Shown here: positions 51,044-62,778 of the stretch, piece by piece | Position numbering within the stretch: position 1 is the first letter of the stretch | Layout: every line of letters begins with the position of its first letter | Assembly (NCBI GenBank): GCA_965215335.1 | Contig: CBDCDA010000001.1 | Coordinates: 864,001 to 928,000 of the forward strand | Direction of reading: 5' to 3' | DNA from: an uncultured Candidatus Entotheonella sp. | GTDB taxonomy: Bacteria; Tectomicrobia; Entotheonellia; Entotheonellales; Entotheonellaceae | Length of the DNA stretch: 64,000 bases | Translations under genes and position numbers: made by a program | Notes under the pieces: generated by a model | The model's input: the letters and a program-made list of their open reading frames with translations, nothing else | Told to the model about the DNA's origin: nothing | Database searches by the model: none

Positions 51044-52125
51044 TGCAGCCGCTCTACGAGACCGCCGGCAAGGTGCCGGCGCGGCGAGACCCGGACGGGC
51101 ATGCCGGATTGTGGTTCGACAAGTTCTGCAACAAGTGGGACGGCAACTGGAACGTGTCGAAAACCGACTGGATCAGCGCCTTTACCGAGTGCGAGGCAGG
51201 AACTCGGAATCAGATCGAAGAGAACGCCTTGCGGCTGCTGCGCCTGGTGCGGCGATGCCGTGGACGAGCGGAGGTCTTTACCACGGCGTCCCGCTTCGTG
51301 ACGGGCCTGGGTCGCAGTCACCCGCTGGAGAACGGCTTCGCGTGGCATCCGACCCTGGGTGTGCCCTATCTGCCGGGCAGTTCGATGAAAGGCATGGTAC
51401 ATGCCTGGACGAAACAGGAGGCCGATCCCGAGGTCTCCGGCGAAACCGCTGCGCCATTGCCTGGATGCCCGGAAAACACCGGACGCGTCATTTTCCTCGA
51501 CGCCATACCCGTTGCGCCGGTCCGGCTCGAAGCGGATATCCTGACGCCGCACTACGCCGGCTGGGATGAAGAATGCCCGCCGGGCGACTGGCGATCTCCC
51601 GTGCCCGTTCCGTTTCTGGTCACCGCCGCTCAGACGCCGTTCCTGTTCGCCGTCATCCCCTGTCGCCACCATTCCAGGAACAACCATGCGGACGACCTGG
51701 AAACCATTTTCGCGTGGCTGCGCTCCGCCCTCGCCTGGGCCGGCGCCGGCGCCAAGACGTCCGTCGGATACGGACGGTTCAGGGCCGACAAAGAGAAAAC
51801 CGATGACTGGGACCGACGGCTCAACATGCAGGAACAAAAGCGACGTGAACAACGTGAACAGGCGGAAGCCAGGAAAACGCCGGCAGGCCGTTGGCGTCTG
51901 GAGCTTGAGGGAAAATCCGAGGAGGGGGTTCTTGAGCTGGTGCGAATCCATCTGGAGAAGGAGCCGTTGCAGGAACCTGCCGAAAAACGTGCCTTCGCGC
52001 AAGCCGTACGTGCTACCGGTCTGTCCGGCGGCTGGCGCCGCGGCGAGAAATGCGAACCGCAAACCCGGGTTGGCAAGAAGAAACTTCAGGAGCGAGACCG
52101 TTTACTTCGAAATGCGCTCCAATGA
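51040..52125 (+). CDS. cmr6: Cmr6
   Basis: GLGRSHPLENG, GVPYLPGSSMKG, DILTPHY, PVPVPFL, GAGAKTSVGYG. Confidence 0.92.
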   Translation: MMQPLYETAGKVPARRDPDGHAGLWFDKFCNKWDGNWNVSKTDWISAFTECEAGTRNQIEENALRLLRLVRRCRGRAEVFTTASRFVTGLGRSHPLENGFAWHPTLGVPYLPGSSMKGMVHAWTKQEADPEVSGETAAPLPGCPENTGRVIFLDAIPVAPVRLEADILTPHYAGWDEECPPGDWRSPVPVPFLVTAAQTPFLFAVIPCRHHSRNNHADDLETIFAWLRSALAWAGAGAKTSVGYGRFRADKEKTDDWDRRLNMQEQKRREQREQAEARKTPAGRWRLELEGKSEEGVLELVRIHLEKEPLQEPAEKRAFAQAVRATGLSGGWRRGEKCEPQTRVGKKKLQERDRLLRNALQ

Positions 52126-52361
52126 AAGAAATCCGTACGGACCCCCCTGGGCGCGCCCGATTACGCCTGCCGCCCGCGGCTGGACGCACGGGAGCGAGAC
52201 GGCCGGTACGAGGCTGGCGTGGCATGGCGGCGCTCCATGAGTCCTTGGCCGGTGGAAGGCTGTCGTCATGCCGTATGGGGTCAGAAGAGCGTGACGATAC
52301 GCCGCGGCTCTTTTACCCACCCCGAGCACAGGCAAATCTGACCATCGACCGGATCAAGCCC

Positions 52362-52467
52362 CTACAGCGCCGCCTTGTTGCAGCGGCAGGTGCCGATCTG
52401 GTGCAGCGTCGTCTTCCCTGCCGATACGAATGCCGTGATGATGGAGTTCAAGAACCTTGATGGCCAT
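52362..52467 (-). pseudogene. Collapsed VOC/glyoxalase-family gene remnant
   Basis: AAGGAG RBS, MAIKVLELHHHGIRIG, joined out of frame within ~15 bp to C-terminus-like LHQIGTCRCNKAAL*. Confidence 0.5.
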
Positions 52468-52590
52468 GTAGGGTCTCCTTGTGCCAAAAGGGGAAGCCAG
52501 GCGCGGGTCATGCCGCCGACCAACGGCTTTCGATGCGCTATTCTGCATGCGCAGGGAGCAGGAAACAAGCCGCCTCGGGCCTCGCGCGCC

Positions 52591-53373
52591 TTACGCAAAG
52601 GCGCGCGGGAACAGACGCCTGGCGTTGGCCGTGGTGGTGCGGGCAACCTCGGCGACGGGTACGTCCTTGAGGGCAGCGATGTGCTGGCAGGACAGCCAGA
52701 CGTTTTCCGGCTCGTTGCGCACGTCCTTTGCGGGGCCCAGAACGGGGGCGTCGGATTCCAGCAGCAGATGCTCCAACGGCAGATGGCGGACCAGCTTCTG
52801 TTTCTGCGGCGAGCGCACGATCGACGGGGGAACGGAAAAAGCGTACCCGGCCTCGATACCGGCGCGGGCGGTGGCGGCCTTGCCGTCGAAGGCGTGCAGC
52901 AGGACCTGCCGGGCGCCGTGCTCCCGCAACCAGGCGATGGCATGACGGCCAGCGGAGCGAGAGTGGACGTTGAGCGGCAGGTCGAGCTCGCGGGACAGCG
53001 CAACGTGCTGGGCCAGAATGTCGCGCTGCACCTCGCGGCCGGCGGCGTCCTGCACCTTCCAGTAATCCAGGCCGACCTCACCGATGGCCGCCAGCCTGTC
53101 CTGATGACGGCGAATGAACGCCAGCATTTCTGCCGCGGCGCCACGATCGAGAAGGGTCGGGTACAGCCCGGCGCAGGGCTTGACGAGCGGGTAGCGGTCG
53201 GCCAGCTCGATGGCCCGCTCCGCCTCCGCCAGGGTCTCGCTGACGCACAGCACCGCTTGTACGCCGCGGTCGGCCGCGCGGCCCAGCACCGCGCCCAGGT
53301 CGTCGGCAAAAGCCGGGGCCTGCAGGTGGGCGTGGGCGTCGAAAAGCGTCAATTCGGAATGGAGGGTTGGCAT
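52591..53373 (-). CDS. tatD: TatD-family hydrolase
   Basis: DAHAHL, AIGEVGLDY, LNVHSR, LLLESDAP, NEP. Confidence 0.9.
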   Translation of the reverse strand: MPTLHSELTLFDAHAHLQAPAFADDLGAVLGRAADRGVQAVLCVSETLAEAERAIELADRYPLVKPCAGLYPTLLDRGAAAEMLAFIRRHQDRLAAIGEVGLDYWKVQDAAGREVQRDILAQHVALSRELDLPLNVHSRSAGRHAIAWLREHGARQVLLHAFDGKAATARAGIEAGYAFSVPPSIVRSPQKQKLVRHLPLEHLLLESDAPVLGPAKDVRNEPENVWLSCQHIAALKDVPVAEVARTTTANARRLFPRAFA

Positions 53374-53579
53374 GGCCTTGTCCTCATGATGCGCGGCCCG
53401 CCGCGCGCCGCATATCCTGCCTGCAGCCCTGTCCGAACGCAACCTGCCTGTCAGGACCGGCTGGCGCTTGACCTCCCTCACCAGCCTTGGTACCGTGCCA
53501 TGGCAACAGCCAGTGTCCACAGCCAGACCCGGCAAGGCAGGCGCCATACAGGGCGAAACGATTGACAGGGAGGGCGGTC

Positions 53580-54953
53580 ATGGACCTCGATGCACGGTAT
53601 TCCAGGCGCGATTTCGTCGCCATGACCGCCGGGTTGGCGGCCATGGGATTGACCACCAGCCTGACGCCGGACCTGTTGCACGCGCAGGCCGGCAGCGACC
53701 TCAAGGGCGTCACCATCGACTACTGGAACATGATCGGGGTGCAGAACCCCATCGTCAAACGCCTTTCCGCCTCGATCATCAAGGCGTTTCAACAGCGCAC
53801 GGGCGCCAGGGTGAGGACGACCTGGGACACCTACGGCAGCATCATCGGCCCCAAGTACCGCACCAATTTCATCGCCGGCAAAATTCCCACGGTGTTCGAC
53901 GGCTCCAACCGCTGGAGCGGCCAGTTGCGCAGCTTCCTGCGGCCCATGAACGACTTTCTCGCCGACCTGGACCCGGAAACGCATGCCGCCATCGCCTGGC
54001 TGCTACCCCTAGTCGAACAGCAGAACCGCGGCTACCCCGACGCCGCTCAGATCTACGATCTCCCCTTTACCCTCATCCCGCAGGCGCCGTTCGTCACCCG
54101 CCGCGACCACTGGGAACAGGCCGGCCTGGACTTCGACCGCAATTGGCCCATCCGCGACACCACGCACCTCCTCGACGTGCTCACCGCCTTGCAGTCCGTA
54201 ACCAGGTATCCTTACGAGGTGTACGGCAAAATCTGGGACGCCGGCGACACCCAACTCAACGGCTGGGTGCGGTCGCTGGACATTCCCAACAGCGACTTCA
54301 TCAACGCCGACTGGAGCCGTTCCACCTGCGACACCGACGCCTGGATGGCCGCGGTGCAGTTCTACGTCGATCTGTACCGCAAGCACGGCTTCTCGTCGCC
54401 GAACACCCCGCAAAGCACCGACGAGGCGGCGGTGGAGCAGCTCATTCGCGGCCAGAAAAGCCTGGTTCACGCCGACATCCTCAACCGCGGCACGATCCTG
54501 CGCCGCCGCCGGCGAGCGATTGAAGACGGCACCATCCAGTGGGGGCCGCACTGTCCGATGGCCGGCGGCACCACCGGCTCGACGGCGTTTTTGGCCATGA
54601 GCTCGTTCAGCATCACCCGGCAGCAGGGACCGGATGCCGCCATCAAGGAGCTGGCCGCCTGGGAGTTCATCAAGGAATGGCTGCTGCCGGAGAATCAGAC
54701 CGCCCTCGCCAAGAGCAGCGGCTTGTGCGCCCGGCGCGACCTGTGGGAGGGGCTGAAAGGCGCCCCGGATCGCCATGTCGAGGCCGTCACCGCCATGCTG
54801 GATAATCCTGGCGTGTGGAGCAACCATGTCAGGAGCGTGGATATCCAGTACAATCTGTTCGCACCGCACATCCAGCAGGCCATGCAGGGAAACGACGTGG
54901 CCCACGAACTGCGCGCTTACGCCGCGGAAGTCAACAAGATTTTGCAATCCTGA
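53580..54953 (+). CDS. ABC transporter substrate-binding protein, Tat-exported
   Basis: SRRDFV twin-arginine signal; leads the permease/ATPase cluster. Confidence 0.75.
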   Translation: MDLDARYSRRDFVAMTAGLAAMGLTTSLTPDLLHAQAGSDLKGVTIDYWNMIGVQNPIVKRLSASIIKAFQQRTGARVRTTWDTYGSIIGPKYRTNFIAGKIPTVFDGSNRWSGQLRSFLRPMNDFLADLDPETHAAIAWLLPLVEQQNRGYPDAAQIYDLPFTLIPQAPFVTRRDHWEQAGLDFDRNWPIRDTTHLLDVLTALQSVTRYPYEVYGKIWDAGDTQLNGWVRSLDIPNSDFINADWSRSTCDTDAWMAAVQFYVDLYRKHGFSSPNTPQSTDEAAVEQLIRGQKSLVHADILNRGTILRRRRRAIEDGTIQWGPHCPMAGGTTGSTAFLAMSSFSITRQQGPDAAIKELAAWEFIKEWLLPENQTALAKSSGLCARRDLWEGLKGAPDRHVEAVTAMLDNPGVWSNHVRSVDIQYNLFAPHIQQAMQGNDVAHELRAYAAEVNKILQS

Positions 54954-54976
54954 GACAGCGAACCCCCGGAATGCCG

Positions 54977-55951
54977 ATGGCTCGTCAAGAAGCGTTACGT
55001 CCAGCCCGTACCCTCGACATCGGCCCTGCCCTTCCTGCCGCCACGACTGCCAGCCGCCCCAAACCCGCCGGCACCGATCGCTGGCTGATCTGGCTGTTCC
55101 TCTTGCCCACCGTACTGTTTCTCGTCCTGCTGCTGTGGCTGCCGTTCCTGCAGGGCGTCTGGATGAGCTTCCACAAGTGGCCGTTCATCGGCGAGCCGCA
55201 ATGGATCGGCCTGCAGAACTACCGCGACCTGTTCGGGGCGGCGTACTTCTGGACCACCATGCGCGTCACCCTGCTCTACTCGCTGAGCACCGCCCTGCAA
55301 CTGGCCCTGGCCCTCGCCGCCGCGCTGGTGCTGAACCAGTCGTTCATCCGCCTGAAATCCGTGTGGCGCGGCGTCATGCTGATGCCATACGCCATGCCGC
55401 CGGTGGTCGTCGGCGCCATCTGGATGTACCTGCTCGATCCCGACCTCGGCATGGTAACCCACTACCTGCTGCGCTGGGGCATCATTTCCGAACCGATCTA
55501 CTGGTTTTCCGACCCGCTGTGGGCCAAGTGGATCATCATGCTGGTGTCCTCGTGGACGTTCTGGCCTTTCATGTTCATCATCCTGCTGGCGGCCCTGCAA
55601 GCCATCCCCGAAGGCTACTACGAGCTCGCCGAGGTGTACGGCGCCAACCTGTGGCGGCGCTTCCGGGTGGTGACCCTGCCGCACATCCGCGGCGCCATGC
55701 TGGCCGCGGTGATCATCCGCATTGCCTGGAACCTGGCCAAAATCGAACAACCCTTCCAGCTGACCGGCGGCGGCCCGGGCTACGAAACCAGCGTCCTGAG
55801 CATCCTGACCTATCGCTTCGCCTACCTGTCGGGTGATTTTGGCATGGCGTTCACGGTCGGGCTGCTCCTCATCCTGGTCACCTTTGTGCTCATCACGCCG
55901 TTTCTGCGCGGCTTTCAGAAGCAGATCAGGCAGCAGGCGCGGAGGCGCTGA
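54977..55951 (+). CDS. Carbohydrate ABC permease (MalF/UgpA-like)
   Basis: WIGLQNY, EAA-like 'YELAEVYGA...FRVVTLP', LTGGGP. Confidence 0.85.
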   Translation: MARQEALRPARTLDIGPALPAATTASRPKPAGTDRWLIWLFLLPTVLFLVLLLWLPFLQGVWMSFHKWPFIGEPQWIGLQNYRDLFGAAYFWTTMRVTLLYSLSTALQLALALAAALVLNQSFIRLKSVWRGVMLMPYAMPPVVVGAIWMYLLDPDLGMVTHYLLRWGIISEPIYWFSDPLWAKWIIMLVSSWTFWPFMFIILLAALQAIPEGYYELAEVYGANLWRRFRVVTLPHIRGAMLAAVIIRIAWNLAKIEQPFQLTGGGPGYETSVLSILTYRFAYLSGDFGMAFTVGLLLILVTFVLITPFLRGFQKQIRQQARRR

Positions 55952-55956
55952 CCTTC

Positions 55957-56793
55957 ATGGCCATGCAGACACCGCGTTCGACCTTCGCGCAGAAAGTGCT
56001 CGGTTACGGCGGCCTCGCCGCGGTTTTGCTGATCGTCCTGATCCCATACGGCTATATCGCCCTCACCGCCTTCAAGCCGGCCGACGAAATTTTCGACGTG
56101 CGCTGGCTGCCCAGGGTCTGGAGCCTGGACGCCTGGCGTTACGCCATCGAGTTCGAACAGTTCCACGTATATATCTACAACAGCATGATCGCCGGGCTGG
56201 GCGCCGCGGTGCTGGCGCTGTGCGTCGCCGTGCCCGGCGCCTACGTGTTCGGGCGCAAGCAGTTCCGCGGCAAGGACGTGATGTTCTACGTCATCGTCAT
56301 GGCGCTGCTGTTTCCCTTCGTGCTGCTCGTCGTGCCCTTCACCATCCTGTGGGTAAAGCTCGGACTGTATGACACCATGCCGGGGCTGTGGCTAGCGTAT
56401 CAGGTGTTCATCATCCCCTTCGCCATCTGGATTCTGCGCGCCTATTTCGCCGAGATGCCACCGTTTCTCGAAGAATGCGCCATGGTCTACGGCTGTACCG
56501 CGTTCAAGGCGTTCTGGCGCGTCATGCTGCCGCTGGCCAAGCCCATCATCACCTCGCTGATGTTTCTCGCCTTTCTGGTCGGCTGGAACGATTTTCTGTT
56601 CTCCAACATGCTGACCACGGGCGAAGGGCCACGCACGGCGTCGGTCATCATCTACGTGTCGGCTGTGGGCGGTGAGCGCGTGGAGTGGGACGTGCTGATG
56701 GTCATGACGCTGATGGCCGGCATCCCGCCGGTGCTGCTCTACATCCTGGCGCAGCGGCAATTCATGAAGACCTTCGCCGTGCGAGGATATTGA
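55957..56793 (+). CDS. Carbohydrate ABC permease (MalG/UgpE-like)
   Basis: LEECAMVYGC...FWRVMLPL, WNDFL. Confidence 0.85.
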   Translation: MAMQTPRSTFAQKVLGYGGLAAVLLIVLIPYGYIALTAFKPADEIFDVRWLPRVWSLDAWRYAIEFEQFHVYIYNSMIAGLGAAVLALCVAVPGAYVFGRKQFRGKDVMFYVIVMALLFPFVLLVVPFTILWVKLGLYDTMPGLWLAYQVFIIPFAIWILRAYFAEMPPFLEECAMVYGCTAFKAFWRVMLPLAKPIITSLMFLAFLVGWNDFLFSNMLTTGEGPRTASVIIYVSAVGGERVEWDVLMVMTLMAGIPPVLLYILAQRQFMKTFAVRGY

Positions 56794-56880
56794 GCGACGT
56801 TACGCACCTGGCAACTCGTGAACCCGTCCTGAAGTGTCTCTTCTGGCGTAACATCACATATCAAGCAAAGGGGTACGGGG

Positions 56881-57978
56881 GTGGCCGGAACCATCGGCAT
56901 TCGGGTACACAATCTTCGCAAGACCTTCCAGCCCGGGCACGTGCGGGCGTGCCGCAACGTCGATCTGCAGCTCGCCGAAGGCGCCCTGATGGTGCTTCTC
57001 GGCCCGTCCGGCTGCGGCAAGACCACGACCCTGCGCTGCATCGCCGGTCTGGAGCAGCCGGATAACGACGACGCCATCTGGGTGAAGGGCCGCAACGTCA
57101 CCCGGCTGCAACCGAAGGACCGCAATCTGGCATTCGTGTTCCAGGACACGGCGCTGTTTCCGCACCTGAGCATCCGGCGCAACATCTCCTTCGGCCTGGA
57201 CATGCACAAGACCTACGGGCGCGCCGAGCGCCAGCGGCGGGTGCAGGAAGTGGCCGAGCTGCTGCATGTCGAGGACCTGCTGGAACGCAAGCCGCACGAG
57301 GTGTCCGGCGGACAGGCGCAACGGGTGGCACTCGGCAGGGCGATCGTCATGGAGCCCGACGCCTTTCTGCTGGACGAGCCCCTTGCCAATCTCGACGCCG
57401 CCCTGCGCGTGGAAATGCGCACGGAAATCAAACGCCTTCAGAAACGCCTCGGCATCTCGACGATCTTCGTGACACACGATCAGGAGGAGGCCCTGTCGCT
57501 CGGCGACGTCATTGCCGTCATGCAGGACGGCGAAGTGCAGCAGGTCGGCACGCCGCACGACATCTACCACGATCCGGCCAATTTCTTCGTCGCCACCTTC
57601 ATCGGCTCGCCGCCACTGAACTGTTTGCCGTGCCACGTGCAAACGGAAAACGGCGCGCTCGGCATCGTCTCCCAGGCATTCCGGTTGCCGGTCGAGGCGG
57701 CCGGCGTGGCGGCGGCGTTGCAGGAACACGGTGCGGTCGTGCTGGGCATCCGACCCGAGTTCATCGCCATCGCCCCCGAACAGCCGGGCACGGTTGCGGC
57801 GCGGGTCTCCCTCATCGAGCCGCTGGGCAGCCGCACGATCATTTTTCTGGAAGCCGCAGGCGTGGAGTTGCGGGCGCTGGTGCAAGGGGAAACGTCCGCG
57901 CATGAGGGGGAAGCGGTGCATCTGCGGCTGGACCTGGAGCGGGCGTTCTTCTTCGACAACACCGGCGACCGGCTGTGA
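56881..57978 (+). CDS. Carbohydrate ABC ATPase (MalK/UgpC-like)
   Basis: GPSGCGKTT, SGGQAQRVALGRA, LDEPLANLD, VTHDQEEA. Confidence 0.9.
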   Translation: MAGTIGIRVHNLRKTFQPGHVRACRNVDLQLAEGALMVLLGPSGCGKTTTLRCIAGLEQPDNDDAIWVKGRNVTRLQPKDRNLAFVFQDTALFPHLSIRRNISFGLDMHKTYGRAERQRRVQEVAELLHVEDLLERKPHEVSGGQAQRVALGRAIVMEPDAFLLDEPLANLDAALRVEMRTEIKRLQKRLGISTIFVTHDQEEALSLGDVIAVMQDGEVQQVGTPHDIYHDPANFFVATFIGSPPLNCLPCHVQTENGALGIVSQAFRLPVEAAGVAAALQEHGAVVLGIRPEFIAIAPEQPGTVAARVSLIEPLGSRTIIFLEAAGVELRALVQGETSAHEGEAVHLRLDLERAFFFDNTGDRL

Positions 57979-58949
57979 ACCCGCGGCTGAACAAGGAAAA
58001 CCATCGAGTGCATTTTGCCGACCGCCTGTGCGCGGCCATCGACGCCAAGGACAGCGCCGTCGTGGTGGGACTCGACCCGCACCCGGAGCGCCTGCCGCCA
58101 CCCCTGCTGGCCGACTGCCGCGCCGAACACGGTGACGGCGTGAGGACGGCCGCGGAGGCGCTGTGGCGCTTCAACCGTGGTATCATCGACGCCGTGCACG
58201 ACGTCGTCCCCGCGGTCAAGCCGCAACTCGCTTTCTACGAGCGCTACGGCGTTGCCGGCTTGCAGGCTTATGCCCGCACGGCGCAATATGCGAAAGCGGC
58301 GGGGCTGCTGGTCATCGCCGACGGCAAGCGTAACGACATCGGCTCGACGGCAAGCGCCTACGCCGAGGCGTTTCTCGGTGCTTCGCGGGTCTTCGACCAA
58401 CCAGTCGTCGGCGACTTCACCGCCGACGCGCTGACCGTCAACCCGTTTCTGGGACGCGACGGCATTCAGCCGTTCGTCGACTGCGCCGATCAGCACGGCC
58501 GCGGCGTGTTCGTGCTGGTCAAAACGTCGAATCCGTCCGCCGGTGACCTGCAGGATTTGCAGATTGGCGGCCAGCCGCTATACGAACATCTCGGTGGCTT
58601 GGTGGAGAACTGGGGTGAAAGCAGCCGCGGGCGGCACGGCTATTCGAGCGTCGGCGCCGTGGTGGGCGCCACCTGGCCCGCGCAGGCGGCCCGCCTGCGC
58701 GCCCTCATGCCGCACACCTTGTTTCTGGTGCCCGGCTACGGCGCCCAGGGCGCTACCGCCGCTGACGTGGCGTGCTGCTTCGACGCGCGCGGGCACGGCG
58801 CCCTGATCAACGCCTCGCGCAGCATCATCTTCGCCTGGCACGCCGAGCCCTACGTGGACCGCTACGCCGCAACCGACTACGGGGCAGCGGCACGCGAGGC
58901 CGCCCAGCGCATGGGCGACGATATCCGCGAGGCAGCGGCGAGGGGCTGA
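57975..58949 (+). CDS. pyrF: Orotidine-5'-phosphate decarboxylase
   Basis: VGLDP, KPQLAFYE, DGKRNDIGST, KTSNP, GAVVGAT, LVPGYGAQG. Confidence 0.92.
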   Translation: MNPRLNKENHRVHFADRLCAAIDAKDSAVVVGLDPHPERLPPPLLADCRAEHGDGVRTAAEALWRFNRGIIDAVHDVVPAVKPQLAFYERYGVAGLQAYARTAQYAKAAGLLVIADGKRNDIGSTASAYAEAFLGASRVFDQPVVGDFTADALTVNPFLGRDGIQPFVDCADQHGRGVFVLVKTSNPSAGDLQDLQIGGQPLYEHLGGLVENWGESSRGRHGYSSVGAVVGATWPAQAARLRALMPHTLFLVPGYGAQGATAADVACCFDARGHGALINASRSIIFAWHAEPYVDRYAATDYGAAAREAAQRMGDDIREAAARG

Positions 58950-59006
58950 TGATGGCCCGGGTTTTCTGACCACTGGTCACTGTCACGAGGCACAAGGAGA
59001 CCCGCA

Positions 59007-60692
<1,686 letters not shown>

Positions 60693-60894
60693 AGGGTTGG
60701 AACCCAGCAGCCAAGGACCGAGCAGGTCAAGGCACTACGGCGCGAAAAGCGCTTGCAGCACTGCGGAAACTCGACGGGCAGCGGAATCGCTGACGACCCC
60801 GAGGCGCCTGACGAGGCGGGTTTTGTCTGCCGTAAGCTCCCTGTCGAATTCCCGCTGTCAACCGTTTCATCCTGTTAGAGCGTTTTGCATGCGA

Positions 60895-60935
60895 ATGCGG
60901 GTCGGACTGCGCTTGGCGGCCAATCCGACCCGCAT
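60895..60935. repeat. REP-like inverted repeat
   Basis: ATGCGGGTCGGA-N17-TCCGACCCGCAT perfect 12-bp stem upstream of the SDR gene. Confidence 0.55.
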
Positions 60936-60970
60936 ACGGTCGAAATGGACTGCCGAACACGAGAACCCCC

Positions 60971-61765
60971 ATGCGATTCGCCGGCCAAACAGCCCTGGTC
61001 ACCGGGAGCTCCCGCGGCATCGGGCGCGCCATCGCGCTGCGGCTGGCGGCAGAAGGCGCGGACATCGTCGTCCATTACCGCCGCAACGCCGCGGCCGCCG
61101 AGGACAGCGCCGCGACGGTCGCGGCGCTGGGACGCCGGGTGCTGATGGCGCAAGCCGAGCTCGGCGAGCCGGACGCGCTGCGGGCCATGTTCAAGCGGGT
61201 ACGGGAGACGTTCGGCAGCCTCGACATCCTGGTCGCCAACGCCGCCGCCACCGCCTTCAAGCCCCTGATGGAGACCCGACCGCACCACCTGGAGAAAACG
61301 TTTGCCATCACGGTCAACGCCCTCATCGCCGCCGTGCAACTGGCCGCCGGTCTGATGCACGGGCGCGCCGGCAAGGTCGTCACCGTCTCCGGCATCGACG
61401 TGCGGCGATACGTCCCGCTGCACGGCGCCCTGGCGGCGGCCAAGGGCGCCGCGGAAGTCCTGACATCCTACCTGGCGTGCGAATTGGCGCCGCGCGGCAT
61501 TCGCGTCAACGGCGTCAATCCGGGTTTCGTCGATACCGATTCGGCCCGCGTCTTCGGCGCCCGCGTCTACCGCCGGCTTGCGGACAACATCGTCCCGTAC
61601 ACCCCCATGAAACGCGTCGGCACGCCGCAGGACATCGCCAGCGTGGTGGCCTTCCTGTGCTCCGACGATGCGGCCTGGATTTGCGGCCAGACCCTGGTGG
61701 TGGACGGCGGCCTGAGTCTCACGTCGCCGTTCGACATCAGCCATCTTCCGCCGCCGCAGGCTTGA
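60971..61765 (+). CDS. SDR oxidoreductase (FabL-like enoyl-ACP reductase)
   Basis: TGSSRGIG, VANAA, VNGVNPGFVDT, ICGQTLVVDGG. Confidence 0.8.
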   Translation: MRFAGQTALVTGSSRGIGRAIALRLAAEGADIVVHYRRNAAAAEDSAATVAALGRRVLMAQAELGEPDALRAMFKRVRETFGSLDILVANAAATAFKPLMETRPHHLEKTFAITVNALIAAVQLAAGLMHGRAGKVVTVSGIDVRRYVPLHGALAAAKGAAEVLTSYLACELAPRGIRVNGVNPGFVDTDSARVFGARVYRRLADNIVPYTPMKRVGTPQDIASVVAFLCSDDAAWICGQTLVVDGGLSLTSPFDISHLPPPQA

Positions 61766-61797
61766 CGCCGAGACCTGTACACAAAGGAGTCCGCTCC

Positions 61798-62772
61798 ATG
61801 GCGGTAGACTCGGGCGACTTCCTGCCATTTCCCCTGCTGCGCGGGCCGCATTTGCAGACCATCGCCGCCGCCAAGCTGTCTCTGCGGCGCCGCGAGCCGC
61901 CCGGCGAGATCAAGGTGGTCACCCTGCCGGACGGCGACCGCATTGCCTTGGTCGTCTCCACGCCGCCGGCATGGCGGCCCGACGGCCGCACCGTTCTGCT
62001 GTTGCACGGCCTGTGCGGCTGTCACCAGTCCTCGTACATGATGCGCCTGGCTCTCAAGCTGTGGCAGCGCGGCATCCGCGCCATCCGCATGAACATGCGA
62101 GGCTGCGGCGCCGGGGTGGGCCTTGCCCGGCAGCCTTACCACAGCGGCCGCAGCCCCGACGTGCTGGCCGTGCTGGAAGACTTGCGGGCGCAATGGCCGC
62201 ATTCGCCCGTCACCCTGCTGGGATTCTCCCTGGGCGGCAACGTCATGCTGAAGTTCGCCGGTGAACTGGGACGGCAGGCACAAGTGCTCTGCACGCAAGT
62301 CATTGCCGTGTGCCCGCCCGCCGGTCTCGCCGCCTGCTCACGGTTGCTCGGACAGCCGTCCAACCGGTTGTACGAGCGTTACTTCATGCGCCGTCTGCTC
62401 GCCGCCGTGGCCGAACGCCACCGCCTGTTCCCGGACCTGGCGCCCGTCACCCTGCCTGAACGCCTGTCGCTCTACCGCTTCGATACCCTCTATACCGCGC
62501 CGCAATGCGGCTTCGCCGACGCCGACGACTACTACGAGCGCAGCAGCGCGGCACCCCTGGTGTCGAAGGTCACCTTGCCGTGCCGCATCCTGTTCGCCAA
62601 CGACGACCCGGTCATCGACGCCACGGTATTCGACGGCGTCGCCCTGCCCCCGAACGTCGAGGTCATACGCACGTCGAAAGGCGGACACCTGGGTTTCCTG
62701 GGCCACCCCGGTCGGCCCGGCGGCTACCGCTGGATGGATGCGTGTGTGCTGGACTGGATCGGCGCGGCGTGA
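61798..62772 (+). CDS. YheT-like alpha/beta hydrolase
   Basis: HLQT, LLHGLCG, NMRGCG, YHSG, GFSLGG, DDP, GGHLGF; AAGGAG RBS. Confidence 0.85.
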   Translation: MAVDSGDFLPFPLLRGPHLQTIAAAKLSLRRREPPGEIKVVTLPDGDRIALVVSTPPAWRPDGRTVLLLHGLCGCHQSSYMMRLALKLWQRGIRAIRMNMRGCGAGVGLARQPYHSGRSPDVLAVLEDLRAQWPHSPVTLLGFSLGGNVMLKFAGELGRQAQVLCTQVIAVCPPAGLAACSRLLGQPSNRLYERYFMRRLLAAVAERHRLFPDLAPVTLPERLSLYRFDTLYTAPQCGFADADDYYERSSAAPLVSKVTLPCRILFANDDPVIDATVFDGVALPPNVEVIRTSKGGHLGFLGHPGRPGGYRWMDACVLDWIGAA

Positions 62773-62778
62773 GGACGC

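Noticed and set aside
52297..52312. ACGCCGCGGC similarity to the CRISPR repeat downstream of cmr6
   Set aside because: Only ~10 GC-rich nt, no ATTGAAGC end and no second copy; not enough for a mini-array.
52591..53373. TatD as a CRISPR ancillary nuclease
   Set aside because: Opposite strand, separated by a pseudogene remnant, and an ordinary housekeeping-type sequence.
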